A stretch of 32,000 bases of DNA from NCBI RefSeq assembly GCF_000023205.1, contig NC_012803.1, positions 540,001 to 572,000 of the forward strand. The letters run 5' to 3'. How positions within the stretch are numbered: position 1 is the first letter of the stretch; each line of letters starts with the position of its first letter. This DNA is from Micrococcus luteus NCTC 2665 (GTDB lineage: Bacteria; Actinomycetota; Actinomycetes; Actinomycetales; Micrococcaceae). The position numbers and the translations under genes are program-made. This document shows, in pieces, positions 1 through 9,994 of the stretch. Under the pieces are notes generated by a model, which worked only from the letters and a program-made list of their open reading frames with translations, had not been told where the DNA came from and ran no database searches.

Positions 1-125
1 CCCCGTCCACGGGCGTCCAGGAGGCCGCGGCCGCCGCCGTCGCGGACCCGCAGGCTCCGACCACCGCGCCCACGGACATGGCCCCGACCCACCGCCCGCA
101 CGAGCAGAAGGGGGACGCCCGATGA
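1..125 (+). CDS. 3' end of a CDS running off the left edge (probably the partner permease of the same ABC transporter)
   Basis: Frame 3 is open from the window edge to TGA 123-125, with G/C at nearly every third codon position. Its stop overlaps the next gene's ATG (ATGA, 122-125). Function is inferred from context only. Confidence 0.45.
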   Translation, partial: PSTGVQEAAAAAVADPQAPTTAPTDMAPTHRPHEQKGDAR

Positions 126-1429
126 GCGCGACCGCCGCCCGGCCCCACGCCGACGTCGCCCGCCCCGAGGCCGCCGAGCCTGCCCGGGTCGTGGTCCGGC
201 ACTGGACCACCCCGATCGCCCTGACGATCCTGACCCTGCTGGCCCTGGCCGTCTTCGCCCTCGGCGCCCCCGAGGCGACGGCGACCTTCCGACTCTCCAA
301 CGCGTCCGACGCCGTCGTGCTCCCGGACCTGACCGCCGACCCCGTGCTGTGGGGCTGGCTGCTCGTCGGGCTCATGGCGGTGCTCACCGTGGTGGCCTGG
401 CTGGCGACCCTGCGCTCGGGTCGCACCCCCGGCTGGGCCGCGGCCCTGTTCGCCGTCGCGTTCGTGGCCGCGTTCCTCATCTGGGTGATCGGCTCGGCGG
501 ACAACACCACCGTGTTCCTCACCGGCCTGATCGCCGGCTCGTTCGCGCTGGCCGTCCCGCTGATCTTCGGCTCGATGGCCGGCATCCTGGCCGAGCGTTC
601 GGGCGTGGTGAACATCGCGATCGAGGGTCAGCTGCTGGCGGGCGCGTTCACGGCCGCCGTCGTCGGCACCGCCACCGGCTCGCCCTGGGCGGGCCTGGCC
701 GCCGCGATCGTGGCCGGCGTCCTCGTGTCCTGGCTGCTCGCCGTGTTCTCGATCAAGTACCTGGTCAACCAGGTGATCGTCGGCGTCGTGCTCAACGTGC
801 TCGTGGCCGGCCTGACGAGCTTCCTGTACTCCACCGTCCTCACGGGCGGGGACACCGAGCTCAACGCGCCGCCGCACTTCCCGAACCTGCGGATCCCGGG
901 CCTGGCGGACATCCCCGTGCTCGGGCCCATCCTGTTCAACCAGACGATCCTGGGCTACGCGATGTACCTGCTCGTGATCGCGCTGTGGTTCGCCCTGTTC
1001 CGCACCCGCTGGGGCCTGCGCGTGCGCGCCGTGGGCGAGCACCCCAAGGCCGCGGACACCGTGGGCATCGACGTGAACCGCACGCGGTACGCCGCCGTCC
1101 TGCTGGGCGGCGCGGTGGCCGGCATGGGCGGGGCGTTCTTCACGCTCGTCTCCGCGTCGTCCTTCACCAAGGAGATGACGGCGGGCCAGGGCTTCATCGC
1201 GCTCGCGGCCGTGATCTTCGGCCGCTGGAACCCGATCGGCGCGTTCTTCGCGGCGCTGCTGTTCGGCTTCGCCACCAACATGCAGTACGTCCTGGCGATC
1301 CTCGGCACCCCGGTGCCGAGCCAGTTCATGGCGATGCTCCCGTACCTCGTCACGGTGTTCGCCGTGGCCGGCCTCGTGGGCCGCTCGCGCGGCCCGGCCG
1401 CCTCGGGCGTGCCGTACGTGAAGGAGTAG
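122..1429 (+). CDS. ABC transporter permease (BMP/nucleoside-type sugar permease family)
   Basis: 435-aa polytopic hydrophobic protein with about 9-10 predicted TM helices. It has the typical ABC sugar/nucleoside permease layout and sits directly upstream of cdd-deoA-add. Confidence 0.85.
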   Translation: MSATAARPHADVARPEAAEPARVVVRHWTTPIALTILTLLALAVFALGAPEATATFRLSNASDAVVLPDLTADPVLWGWLLVGLMAVLTVVAWLATLRSGRTPGWAAALFAVAFVAAFLIWVIGSADNTTVFLTGLIAGSFALAVPLIFGSMAGILAERSGVVNIAIEGQLLAGAFTAAVVGTATGSPWAGLAAAIVAGVLVSWLLAVFSIKYLVNQVIVGVVLNVLVAGLTSFLYSTVLTGGDTELNAPPHFPNLRIPGLADIPVLGPILFNQTILGYAMYLLVIALWFALFRTRWGLRVRAVGEHPKAADTVGIDVNRTRYAAVLLGGAVAGMGGAFFTLVSASSFTKEMTAGQGFIALAAVIFGRWNPIGAFFAALLFGFATNMQYVLAILGTPVPSQFMAMLPYLVTVFAVAGLVGRSRGPAASGVPYVKE

Positions 1430-1431
1430 CC

Positions 1432-1863
1432 GTGGCGGACGGGCAGCACACGACGACGGCGCCGCGCGTGGACTGGGACCGGCTGCGGGCCGCGGCCCTG
1501 GCCGCCACGGAGCACGCCTACGTGCCCTACTCGGGGTTCCGGGTGGGCGCCGCCGCGCTCACCGACGACGGCCGCCTCGTCTCGGGCTGCAACATCGAGA
1601 ACGCGTCCTACGGGCTGACCCTGTGCGCCGAGTGCGCGCTGCTGGCCGACCTGCGCATGGGCGGGGGCGGCCGACTGGCCGCGTTCGTCTGCGTGGACGG
1701 CGAGGGCGTGCTCACCATGCCCTGCGGGCGGTGCCGCCAGCTGCTGTACGAGTTCCGCGCCCCCGGGCTCGTGCTGCTCACCCCGGCGGGGGAGCGGGGG
1801 ATCGACGCGGTGCTGCCGGACGCCTTCGGCCCGGCCGACCTGGAGCGGGCGGACCGTCCCTGA
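1432..1863 (+). CDS. cdd: cytidine deaminase
   Basis: GTG 1432 lies 5 nt after SD GAAGGAG (1420-1426). The zinc motifs CAECA and PCGRCRQ are present. The product is about 143 aa and is the in-frame tail of track ORF 349..1863. Confidence 0.9.
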   Translation: MADGQHTTTAPRVDWDRLRAAALAATEHAYVPYSGFRVGAAALTDDGRLVSGCNIENASYGLTLCAECALLADLRMGGGGRLAAFVCVDGEGVLTMPCGRCRQLLYEFRAPGLVLLTPAGERGIDAVLPDAFGPADLERADRP

Positions 1864-1891
1864 CCTGCGGCGCGCTCCCGGGCCCGCTCGC

Positions 1892-1897
1892 TAGAGT
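1892..1897 (+). promoter_or_regulatory. candidate -10 box TAGAGT upstream of deoA (about 35-nt leader with SD)
   Basis: An isolated TANNNT hexamer in the 74-nt cdd-deoA gap. Confidence 0.3.
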
Positions 1898-1937
1898 CGG
1901 AGGCTGACCGTCGCAGCCGTCCCCCGAGGAGACCCCC

Positions 1938-3272
1938 ATGACCGCGCAGCCGCAGGCCGAGCCCTTCGACGCCGTCGAGGTGATCCGCGCCAAGCGGGAC
2001 CGGGGGACGCTGTCCCCCGAGCAGATCGACTGGGTGGTGGACGCGTACACCCGCGGCGTGGTGGCGGACGAGCAGATGTCCGCCCTGGCCATGGCGATCC
2101 TGCTCAACGGCATGGACCGCGCCGAGATCGCCCGCTGGACGGACGCGATGATCGCCTCGGGCGAGCGCATGGACTTCGGCGGGCTCACCACCCCGGACGG
2201 CCGCCCCCTGGCCACCGCGGACAAGCACTCCACCGGCGGCGTGGGGGACAAGATCACCCTGCCGCTGGCCCCCCTCGTGGCCTCCTTCGGGGTGGCCGTG
2301 CCGCAGCTGTCCGGCCGCGGCCTCGGCCACACCGGCGGCACCCTGGACAAGCTCGAGGCGATCCCCGGGTGGCGGGCCGACCTCAGCAACGAGGCGATGC
2401 TGCGCCAGCTCTCCGAGGTGGGCGCCGTGATCTGCGCGGCCGGCTCGGGCCTGGCCCCGGCGGACAAGCGCCTGTACGCACTGCGCGACGTCACGGGCAC
2501 GGTGGAGGCCATCCCCCTGATCGCCTCCTCGATCATGTCCAAGAAGATCGCCGAGGGCACCGGCGCCCTCGTGCTGGACGTCAAGTGCGGCTCGGGCGCG
2601 TTCATGAAGGACGAGGCGTCCGCCCGCGAGCTGGCCCGGACCATGGTGGACCTCGGCCGGGACGCCGGGGTGGACACCTCGGCGCTGCTCACGGACATGT
2701 CCGTGCCCCTGGGCCGGACGGCCGGCAACGCCCTCGAGGTCCGCGAGTCGGTGGAGGTGCTCGCCGGCGGCGGCCCGGCCGACGTCGTGGAGCTCACCGT
2801 GGCGCTCGCCGCCGCGATGCTCGCCGGCGCCGGGGTCACGGACGTGGACCCGGCCGAGCACCTGGCCAACGGCCGGGCGATGGACGTGTGGAACCGGATG
2901 ATCGAGGCCCAGGGCGGCGACCCGCGCGCGGCCCTCCCGACGGCGGCCCACGCCGAGGACGTCGTCGCGGAGACGGACGGCGTCCTCACCGAGCTGGACG
3001 CGATGGCCGTGGGCCTGGCCGCGTGGCGCCTCGGCGCCGGGCGGGAGCGGCAGGGCCAGGCCGTCCAGGCCGCGGCCGGCGTCGAGGTGCACGTGCGCCC
3101 CGGCGAGCGCGTGGCCCGGGGTCAGAAGGTCCTGACCCTGCACACGGACACGCCGGAGCGCTTCGAGCGGGCGAAGGCCGCGCTCGCCGGCGGCTGGGCC
3201 GTCGGCGAGCTCGACGACGCCGCCGCCCGGACCCTGCGCGAGCGCTCCGTGATCCTGGACCGGATCGGCTGA
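1938..3272 (+). CDS. deoA: thymidine (pyrimidine-nucleoside) phosphorylase
   Basis: 444 aa. Motifs DKHSTGGVGDK and SGRGLGHTGGTLDKLE are present. SD GAGGAG lies upstream of ATG 1938. Confidence 0.92.
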   Translation: MTAQPQAEPFDAVEVIRAKRDRGTLSPEQIDWVVDAYTRGVVADEQMSALAMAILLNGMDRAEIARWTDAMIASGERMDFGGLTTPDGRPLATADKHSTGGVGDKITLPLAPLVASFGVAVPQLSGRGLGHTGGTLDKLEAIPGWRADLSNEAMLRQLSEVGAVICAAGSGLAPADKRLYALRDVTGTVEAIPLIASSIMSKKIAEGTGALVLDVKCGSGAFMKDEASARELARTMVDLGRDAGVDTSALLTDMSVPLGRTAGNALEVRESVEVLAGGGPADVVELTVALAAAMLAGAGVTDVDPAEHLANGRAMDVWNRMIEAQGGDPRAALPTAAHAEDVVAETDGVLTELDAMAVGLAAWRLGAGRERQGQAVQAAAGVEVHVRPGERVARGQKVLTLHTDTPERFERAKAALAGGWAVGELDDAAARTLRERSVILDRIG

Positions 3273-3276
3273 CCGG

Positions 3277-3924
3277 ATGCTCGCGTGGCTCGAGGGGGCG
3301 ATCCTCCACGCCTCCGCGCAGTGGTGGGTCCTGCCGCTGACGCTGCTGCTGTGCCTGCTCGACGGCATCGTGCCGATCTTCCCGTCGGAGTCGGTGCTGG
3401 TGGCCCTCGGTGCGATCGTCCGCGACGGGCATCCGTTCTCCCTGTGGGCGCTGTGGGGGGTCGGCTTCGCGGGCGCGTTCCTGGGGGACGTGGCCGCGTA
3501 CGCGATCGGCCGTGCCGTGGGCGTGGAGCGGTTCCGGTGGATGCGGCTGCGGCGAGTGCGGGCCACGGTCGAGGTCGCCCGGCACCACCTGCACAGTCAC
3601 GGCGCGCTGCTGCTGTTCACCGCCCGGTTCATCCCCGGCGGCCGCGTGGCCCTGAACTTCACCGCCGGCGCCACCCGCTATCCGCCGGTGCGGTTCGTGG
3701 CGCTGGACCTGCTCTCCACGGCCAGCTGGGCCGCGTATTCGATCATGATCGCGCGCCTGACCGCGGGCTGGCTGGAGAACCCGGTGCTGCAGATCGCCGT
3801 CTCCGTGACGGGTGCCGCGCTCGTGGGCGTGCTGCTGGACCGTCTGCTCAAGGCCCTGCTGCGCCGCCGGCTGGGCGCCGGGGTGAAGGGCCTCACCCTG
3901 GCCGAGCAGGAGGCCCTGCGCTGA
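3277..3924 (+). CDS. DedA/VTT-domain family membrane protein
   Basis: 215-aa membrane protein with the DedA-type pattern (PSESVLV ... ARFIPGGR). It starts 5 nt after the deoA stop. Confidence 0.8.
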   Translation: MLAWLEGAILHASAQWWVLPLTLLLCLLDGIVPIFPSESVLVALGAIVRDGHPFSLWALWGVGFAGAFLGDVAAYAIGRAVGVERFRWMRLRRVRATVEVARHHLHSHGALLLFTARFIPGGRVALNFTAGATRYPPVRFVALDLLSTASWAAYSIMIARLTAGWLENPVLQIAVSVTGAALVGVLLDRLLKALLRRRLGAGVKGLTLAEQEALR

Positions 3925-3935
3925 GCGCCCTGCCG

Positions 3936-3941
3936 TAGAGT
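3936..3941 (+). promoter_or_regulatory. -10 box TAGAGT, 7 nt before GTG 3949 of add
   Basis: The sequence reads TAGAGT-GACGCCC-GTG. The hexamer overlaps the alternative start GTG 3940. Confidence 0.35.
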
Positions 3942-5160
3942 GACGCCCGTGACGACGACGCAGCTTCCGGACACCGCATCCCCCTCCCCGCTCGAGGTCG
4001 ACCTGGCCGTCCTGCCCAAGGTCTCCCTCCACGACCACCTCGACGGCGGCCTGCGCGTGGGCACCGTCCTCGACCTGGCCCGCGAGGCCGGCGTCGAGGT
4101 CCCCGCGGACACCGTCGAGGGCCTGGCCGAGTGGATCGCCGAGCACGCCAACGGCGAGTCCCTCGAGAAGTACCTGCAGGTCTTCGCCCTGACCACCGCT
4201 GTGATGCAGACCCGCGAGCAGCTGCGCCGCGTGGCCCGCGAATTCGTCGAGGACCTGGTCGCCGACGGCGTCGTCTACGGCGAGATCCGCTGGGCCCCCG
4301 AGCAGCACCTGGCCGGCGGGCTGAGCCTGGACGAGGCCGTCGAGGCCGTGCAGGCCGGCCTGGACGAGGCGGTCGAGGCCGCCGACGCCGCGGGCCACGT
4401 GATCCGCGTGGGCCAGCTGGTCACCGCGATGCGGCACGCCGACCGGGCCCAGGAGATCGCCGAGCTGGCCGTGCGCCACCGCGAGGCCGGCGTCGTGGGC
4501 TTCGACATCGCGGGCGCCGAGGCCGGGTTCCCGCCCTCCCGCTTCGCCGACACCTTCACGTGGCTGGCCGCCCACCACCTGCCCGTCACCGTGCACGCGG
4601 GCGAGGGCGACGGCCTGGACTCCGTCCGCTCGGCCCTCGTGGACGGCCGCGCCCTGCGTCTGGGCCACGGCGTGCGCCTGGCGGAGGACATCTCGGTGGA
4701 GTACGGCGGCGTGGACGAGGACGGCGAGCAGCTGGACGAGCTGACCGGCCTCGTGGACCTGGGCGAGACCGCCGCGTGGGTGCGGGACCGGCAGATCGCC
4801 CTGGAGGTCTGCCCGTCCTCGAACCTGCAGACCGGCGCGGTGGACGCCGCGGCGGGCATCGCGGGCCATCCCATCGACCTGCTCGTGCAGCTCGGCTTCC
4901 GCGTCACCGTGAACACGGACAACCGGCTCGTCTCGGACGTGTCCCTGACCGACGAGCTCTACCTGCTCGCCGAGACCTTCGGCTACTCGCTCTCCGAGCT
5001 GCTGGACCTGCAGCTCAACGCCGCCGAGGCCGCCTTCCTGCCCGTGGACGAGCGCGAGGACCTCGCCGAGATCCTCGTGGCCGGCTGGGGCGAGGTCATC
5101 TCCGGCGACGCCGTCGGCCCGGTCCTCGAAGAGCTGGACGACGAGGACGAGGACGACTGA
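3940..5160 (+). CDS. add: adenosine deaminase
   Basis: Motifs SLHDHLDGG, HAGE and TVNTDN are present. The start is ambiguous. The track start GTG 3940 overlaps a TAGAGT -10 box (3936-3941). GTG 3949 sits 7 nt after that box and may be a leaderless start. Confidence 0.9.
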   Translation: MTPVTTTQLPDTASPSPLEVDLAVLPKVSLHDHLDGGLRVGTVLDLAREAGVEVPADTVEGLAEWIAEHANGESLEKYLQVFALTTAVMQTREQLRRVAREFVEDLVADGVVYGEIRWAPEQHLAGGLSLDEAVEAVQAGLDEAVEAADAAGHVIRVGQLVTAMRHADRAQEIAELAVRHREAGVVGFDIAGAEAGFPPSRFADTFTWLAAHHLPVTVHAGEGDGLDSVRSALVDGRALRLGHGVRLAEDISVEYGGVDEDGEQLDELTGLVDLGETAAWVRDRQIALEVCPSSNLQTGAVDAAAGIAGHPIDLLVQLGFRVTVNTDNRLVSDVSLTDELYLLAETFGYSLSELLDLQLNAAEAAFLPVDEREDLAEILVAGWGEVISGDAVGPVLEELDDEDEDD

Positions 5161-5167
5161 TCCGCCC

Positions 5168-5977
5168 GTGAGCGCGAGTGTGGACCGTCTGGTGGCGGTG
5201 GTCGAGGCACTGCGCGACCACTGTCCGTGGACGGCCGCGCTCACGCACGCCGACCTCGCCGAGTACCTCGTGGAGGAGGCGTACGAGGCGGTGGCGGAGA
5301 TCGAGTCCCGCGACGCCGCCGCGTGGGCCGACGTGCCCGCGCGTCGGGCCGACGGCGCGTACCCCGCCCTGGCCGCCGAGCTCGGGGACGTCCTGTTCCA
5401 GGTGGTCCTGCACGCCGCCGTCTCCCGGGCGCCGGGCGCCCCGGCGGAGACGGCCGGGTTCCGCCTGGACGACGCCGCCGACGCCCTCACCGCCAAGATG
5501 ATCCGGCGCAACCCGCTCGTGCTCACCCCCGAGGGCGGCCTGCGCCCGGCCGAGGAGCTCGCCGCCGTCACGCCCGAGGCGGTCGAGCTGGCCTGGGAGC
5601 GGGTCAAGGCGCGGGAGCGGGCCGCCGCGGGGCTCTCGTCCGCCGCTCCGGACCACGACGACGACGGCGGCACCGGCCCGGGCCTCGACGTCGGCGACAT
5701 CCCGGCCCGGCTGCCGGCGCTGGCCGCCGCCGCGAAGGTGGTCGACCGCGCGGCCCGGCAGGAGCCGGACCCGCTCGCCGCGCACGTCCCGGTGCCGGCC
5801 GCCGAGGCGGGGGAGCGCCCGGCGGCGGGGTGGCCCGACGAGGCCGCGCTCGGGGCGGAGCTGTTCGCGCTGGTGCGCCGGGCCCGGGCGGCGGGGCTCG
5901 ACCCCGAACGGGCCCTGCGCACCACGGTGGCGCGGGTGCGTGCGGGGGACTGGTCGGCCCTGCGCCCGTCCGGCTGA
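5168..5977 (+). CDS. mazG: MazG-family nucleoside triphosphate pyrophosphohydrolase
   Basis: The N-terminal region LRDHCPWTAALTHADLAEYLVEEAYEAVAEIE ... LGDVLFQVV is typical of MazG. Its position directly upstream of eno matches the mycobacterial arrangement. Confidence 0.8.
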   Translation: MSASVDRLVAVVEALRDHCPWTAALTHADLAEYLVEEAYEAVAEIESRDAAAWADVPARRADGAYPALAAELGDVLFQVVLHAAVSRAPGAPAETAGFRLDDAADALTAKMIRRNPLVLTPEGGLRPAEELAAVTPEAVELAWERVKARERAAAGLSSAAPDHDDDGGTGPGLDVGDIPARLPALAAAAKVVDRAARQEPDPLAAHVPVPAAEAGERPAAGWPDEAALGAELFALVRRARAAGLDPERALRTTVARVRAGDWSALRPSG

Positions 5978-6008
5978 CGCGGCGCCGCCTGGAACCTGAG
6001 GTCCCCGC

Positions 6009-7349
<1,341 letters not shown>

Positions 7350-7366
7350 CCGTCCCCGACGACGAC

Positions 7367-7404
7367 GCGCGGGCCCGCCCGGATCCTTCCGGGCGGGCCC
7401 GCGC
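7367..7404 (+). terminator. hairpin terminator after eno (no U-tract)
   Basis: A 17-bp perfect stem (7367-7383 with 7388-7404) with loop TCCT, 18 nt after the eno stop. Confidence 0.6.
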
Positions 7405-7444
7405 CCGTCCCGGGTGTGGCCAGGAGCCTGTCAGGGGCGGGCAG

Positions 7445-7450
7445 TAGGCT
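7445..7450 (+). promoter_or_regulatory. candidate -10 box TAGGCT upstream of ftsB
   Basis: A TANNNT hexamer 37 nt before ATG 7487, downstream of the eno terminator. Confidence 0.3.
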
Positions 7451-7486
7451 GTGAGGGTCCCCGCCACGCGTCCGAAGGAGTCCGCG

Positions 7487-8293
7487 ATGAGTCCGCGCCG
7501 CCCCAGCGTGCCCCGTGTCGACCCGACGACGGGCGCCCCGCGCCGGACCGCCGTCGCCGCCCCGGCGGCCCCGGCGACGGCCTCCCCGGAGGCGGACGCG
7601 CCCACGCCGACCCCTGCGGCCCCCACGCCGAACACCCCGCCGACGGGCGCCGAGGTCATCGACCTGCAGCGCGTCCAGGAGCGCCGCCAGGCCGGTCACC
7701 ACGGACACCTGGACGGGCACCCGGACGCGGGCCGGGCTGACACGGCCCCCGCCGCCCCCGCATCCCCGTCGGCACCCCCGCGCCGGACGGCGTCGGCCCG
7801 CCCGGCCGGGCGTCGGACCCGGCCCGCCCCCCGCCGCGCCGCGTCCGCCGCCGCCACGGCCGCCCGCCGTCGGGCCCCGCTGCCGGAGCCGGTGCCGGCC
7901 CGGCAGATCACGGGCCGCTCGCTCATCGTCGTCGCCGTGCTGCTGCTGGCCGCCGTCCTGGTGGCCCCCACGCTGCGCGCGTTCCTGAACCAGCAGCTGG
8001 AGATCTCGGCCGCGCGCGAGGAGATCGCCACCATGCAGGCCCAGCGCGAGGACTACGAGCGGCGGATCCAGCTGTGGGACGACCCCGCCTACGTGACCCA
8101 ACAGGCGCGCGAGCGTCTCGAGCTGGTCATGCCGGGGGAGACCCTGTACTCCGTGACGGGGCGGCCCTCCGAGACCGACACCGATACCGAGACCGAGGAC
8201 ACGCCCGCCGCCGGCGCGGACGAGACCGTCAACACCCGCCTGCCGTGGGCCGAGGGCCTGTGGGACTCGGCCGTCCGCGCCGGGCTCGAGTGA
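7487..8293 (+). CDS. ftsB: septum formation initiator FtsB/DivIC-family protein with a long Pro/Ala/Arg-rich N-terminus
   Basis: One TM helix (LIVVAVLLLAAVLVAP) is followed by the coiled-coil segment LNQQLEISAAREEIATMQAQREDYERRIQLWDDPAYV. SD GAAGGAG (7474-7480) lies 6 nt before ATG 7487. Confidence 0.8.
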   Translation: MSPRRPSVPRVDPTTGAPRRTAVAAPAAPATASPEADAPTPTPAAPTPNTPPTGAEVIDLQRVQERRQAGHHGHLDGHPDAGRADTAPAAPASPSAPPRRTASARPAGRRTRPAPRRAASAAATAARRRAPLPEPVPARQITGRSLIVVAVLLLAAVLVAPTLRAFLNQQLEISAAREEIATMQAQREDYERRIQLWDDPAYVTQQARERLELVMPGETLYSVTGRPSETDTDTETEDTPAAGADETVNTRLPWAEGLWDSAVRAGLE

Positions 8294-8342
8294 GCCCCGC
8301 GTCCCGCCCCCGCCCGCACCACCCCCGCACCCCGAGGACACC

Positions 8343-9941
8343 ATGACCGTCAGCCCCCGCCCCGCCCAGGACCGCACCGTCACCGAGCAGGACCTGGACA
8401 CCCTGTCCCGCCAGCTCGGCCGCCCGGTCCGGGACGTCGTGGAGATCGGTGCCCGCTGCGTGTGCGGCAACCCCCTCGTGGCCACCACCGCGCCGCGGCT
8501 CTCCAACGGCATCCCGTTCCCCACGACCTTCTACCTGACGCACCCCGTGCTGACGGCGGCGGTCTCGCGCGTGGAGGCGGACGGGGAGATGGCACGCATG
8601 AACGACCGCCTCGCCCAGGATCCCGCGCTCGCGGCCGCGCACCGCGCGGCGCACGAGGCCTACATCGCCGAGCGGGACCGGGTCGGGGCCGAGGCCGGCA
8701 CGGGGCCCGTCCCGGAGATCGCCGGGGTCTCGGCCGGCGGCATGCCCGAGCGCGTGAAGTGCCTGCACGCCCTCGTGGGCCACGCGCTCGCGGCCGGGCC
8801 GGGGGTGAACCCGCTCGGTGACGAGGCGATCGCCCTGGTGGCCCCGTGGTGGACGCCCGAGGTCTGCGCGTGCGAGGGCGCGTGGGACGAGGCCGCGGCG
8901 GTGCCCACGAAGGACCTGTCCCGGCACGTGAGGCACCTCGAACGCGTCGCCGCGCTCAAGGAGGTCACGGTGGCCGGCGTGGACTGCGGCACGAACTCCA
9001 TCCGCCTGCTGATCTCCCGGCCGGCCGGGACGGATGAGACCACCGGCGCCGTGGCCGACCCGACGGCGCCGCTGGCCGACGTCGTGCGCGAGATGCGCGT
9101 GGTGCGCCTGGGCGAGGGCGTGGACGCCACCGGCGCGTTCTCCGACGCCGCGCTGGAGCGCACCTTCGCGGCGGTGGACGAGTACGCCCGCCTGGTCCAG
9201 CGCCACCACGCCGGCCGGGTCCGGTTCGTGGCCACCTCCGCCAGCCGGGACGTCTCCAACCGGGCCGCGTTCGTCGACGGCGTCCGGGAGCGGCTCGGCG
9301 TCGAGCCGGAGGTCGTCTCGGGCGCAGAGGAGGCCGCCCTGTCCTTCACGGGCGCCGTCTCCGCCGTCGAGACCGCGGACCTGGGCCCGGAGGACCTCCT
9401 GCTCGTCGTGGACCTCGGCGGCGGCTCCACCGAGCTCGTCGTCGGCACGCCTGCGGGCGAGGTCGTGGGCGCGGTCAGCCTGGACATGGGCTGCGTGCGG
9501 TTCACCGAGCGTCATCTGCGCTCCGACCCCCCGACGTCGGACGAGGTCGCCGCGGCCCGCGCGGACGCACGCCGCCTCCTCGACGACGCCGCCGCCCGCC
9601 TGCCGCTGGAACGCGTGGCCCGCGTAGTCGGCGTGGCCGGCTCGGTGACCACCGTGACCGCCGAGGCCCTCGGGCTCAGCACGTACGAGCCCGAGGCCAT
9701 CCACGGCGCGCGCCTGCCGATCGCGGAGTTCCGCGCGGCGGCGGAGGGCCTCGTGGCCGCGACCCGGGCCGAGCGCTCCGAGCGGGGGTTCATGCACCCG
9801 GGACGGGTGGACGTGATCGGCGCGGGCGCTCTGCTGTGGAGCACCGTCCTGGAGCGGGTGGCCGAGACCGCGGGCGTCACCGAGGCCTGGGCGAGCGAGC
9901 ACGACATCCTGGACGGGATCGTGCTCTCGCTGCGGTCCTGA
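8343..9941 (+). CDS. DUF501 domain fused in frame to a Ppx/GppA-family exopolyphosphatase
   Basis: A single 532-aa ORF. The N-terminal ~175 aa are DUF501-like (CVCGNPLV ... FPTTFYLTHP ... VKCLHALV ... PWWTPEVCAC). The C-terminal ~320 aa carry the Ppx/GppA ASKHA motifs VDCGTNSIRLL and DLGGGSTEL. Confidence 0.8.
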   Translation: MTVSPRPAQDRTVTEQDLDTLSRQLGRPVRDVVEIGARCVCGNPLVATTAPRLSNGIPFPTTFYLTHPVLTAAVSRVEADGEMARMNDRLAQDPALAAAHRAAHEAYIAERDRVGAEAGTGPVPEIAGVSAGGMPERVKCLHALVGHALAAGPGVNPLGDEAIALVAPWWTPEVCACEGAWDEAAAVPTKDLSRHVRHLERVAALKEVTVAGVDCGTNSIRLLISRPAGTDETTGAVADPTAPLADVVREMRVVRLGEGVDATGAFSDAALERTFAAVDEYARLVQRHHAGRVRFVATSASRDVSNRAAFVDGVRERLGVEPEVVSGAEEAALSFTGAVSAVETADLGPEDLLLVVDLGGGSTELVVGTPAGEVVGAVSLDMGCVRFTERHLRSDPPTSDEVAAARADARRLLDDAAARLPLERVARVVGVAGSVTTVTAEALGLSTYEPEAIHGARLPIAEFRAAAEGLVAATRAERSERGFMHPGRVDVIGAGALLWSTVLERVAETAGVTEAWASEHDILDGIVLSLRS

Positions 9942-9982
9942 TCACGGCGGCGGAAGATGGAGGGGCGGGGCCGGTGCGTGCG

Positions 9983-9988
9983 TAGACT
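9983..9988 (+). promoter_or_regulatory. -10 box TAGACT, 6 nt before the ndh ATG (leaderless arrangement)
   Basis: TANNNT hexamer with a 6-nt spacer (9989-9994), followed by ATG 9995. No SD is present. Confidence 0.45.
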
Positions 9989-9994
9989 GGCGGT

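Noticed and set aside
8970-9941. Annotating ppx as a fully separate gene from DUF501.
   Set aside because: No stop codon separates the two domains in frame, so the sequence as given encodes a fusion. The internal SD+GTG is reported as a finding rather than as a separate CDS.
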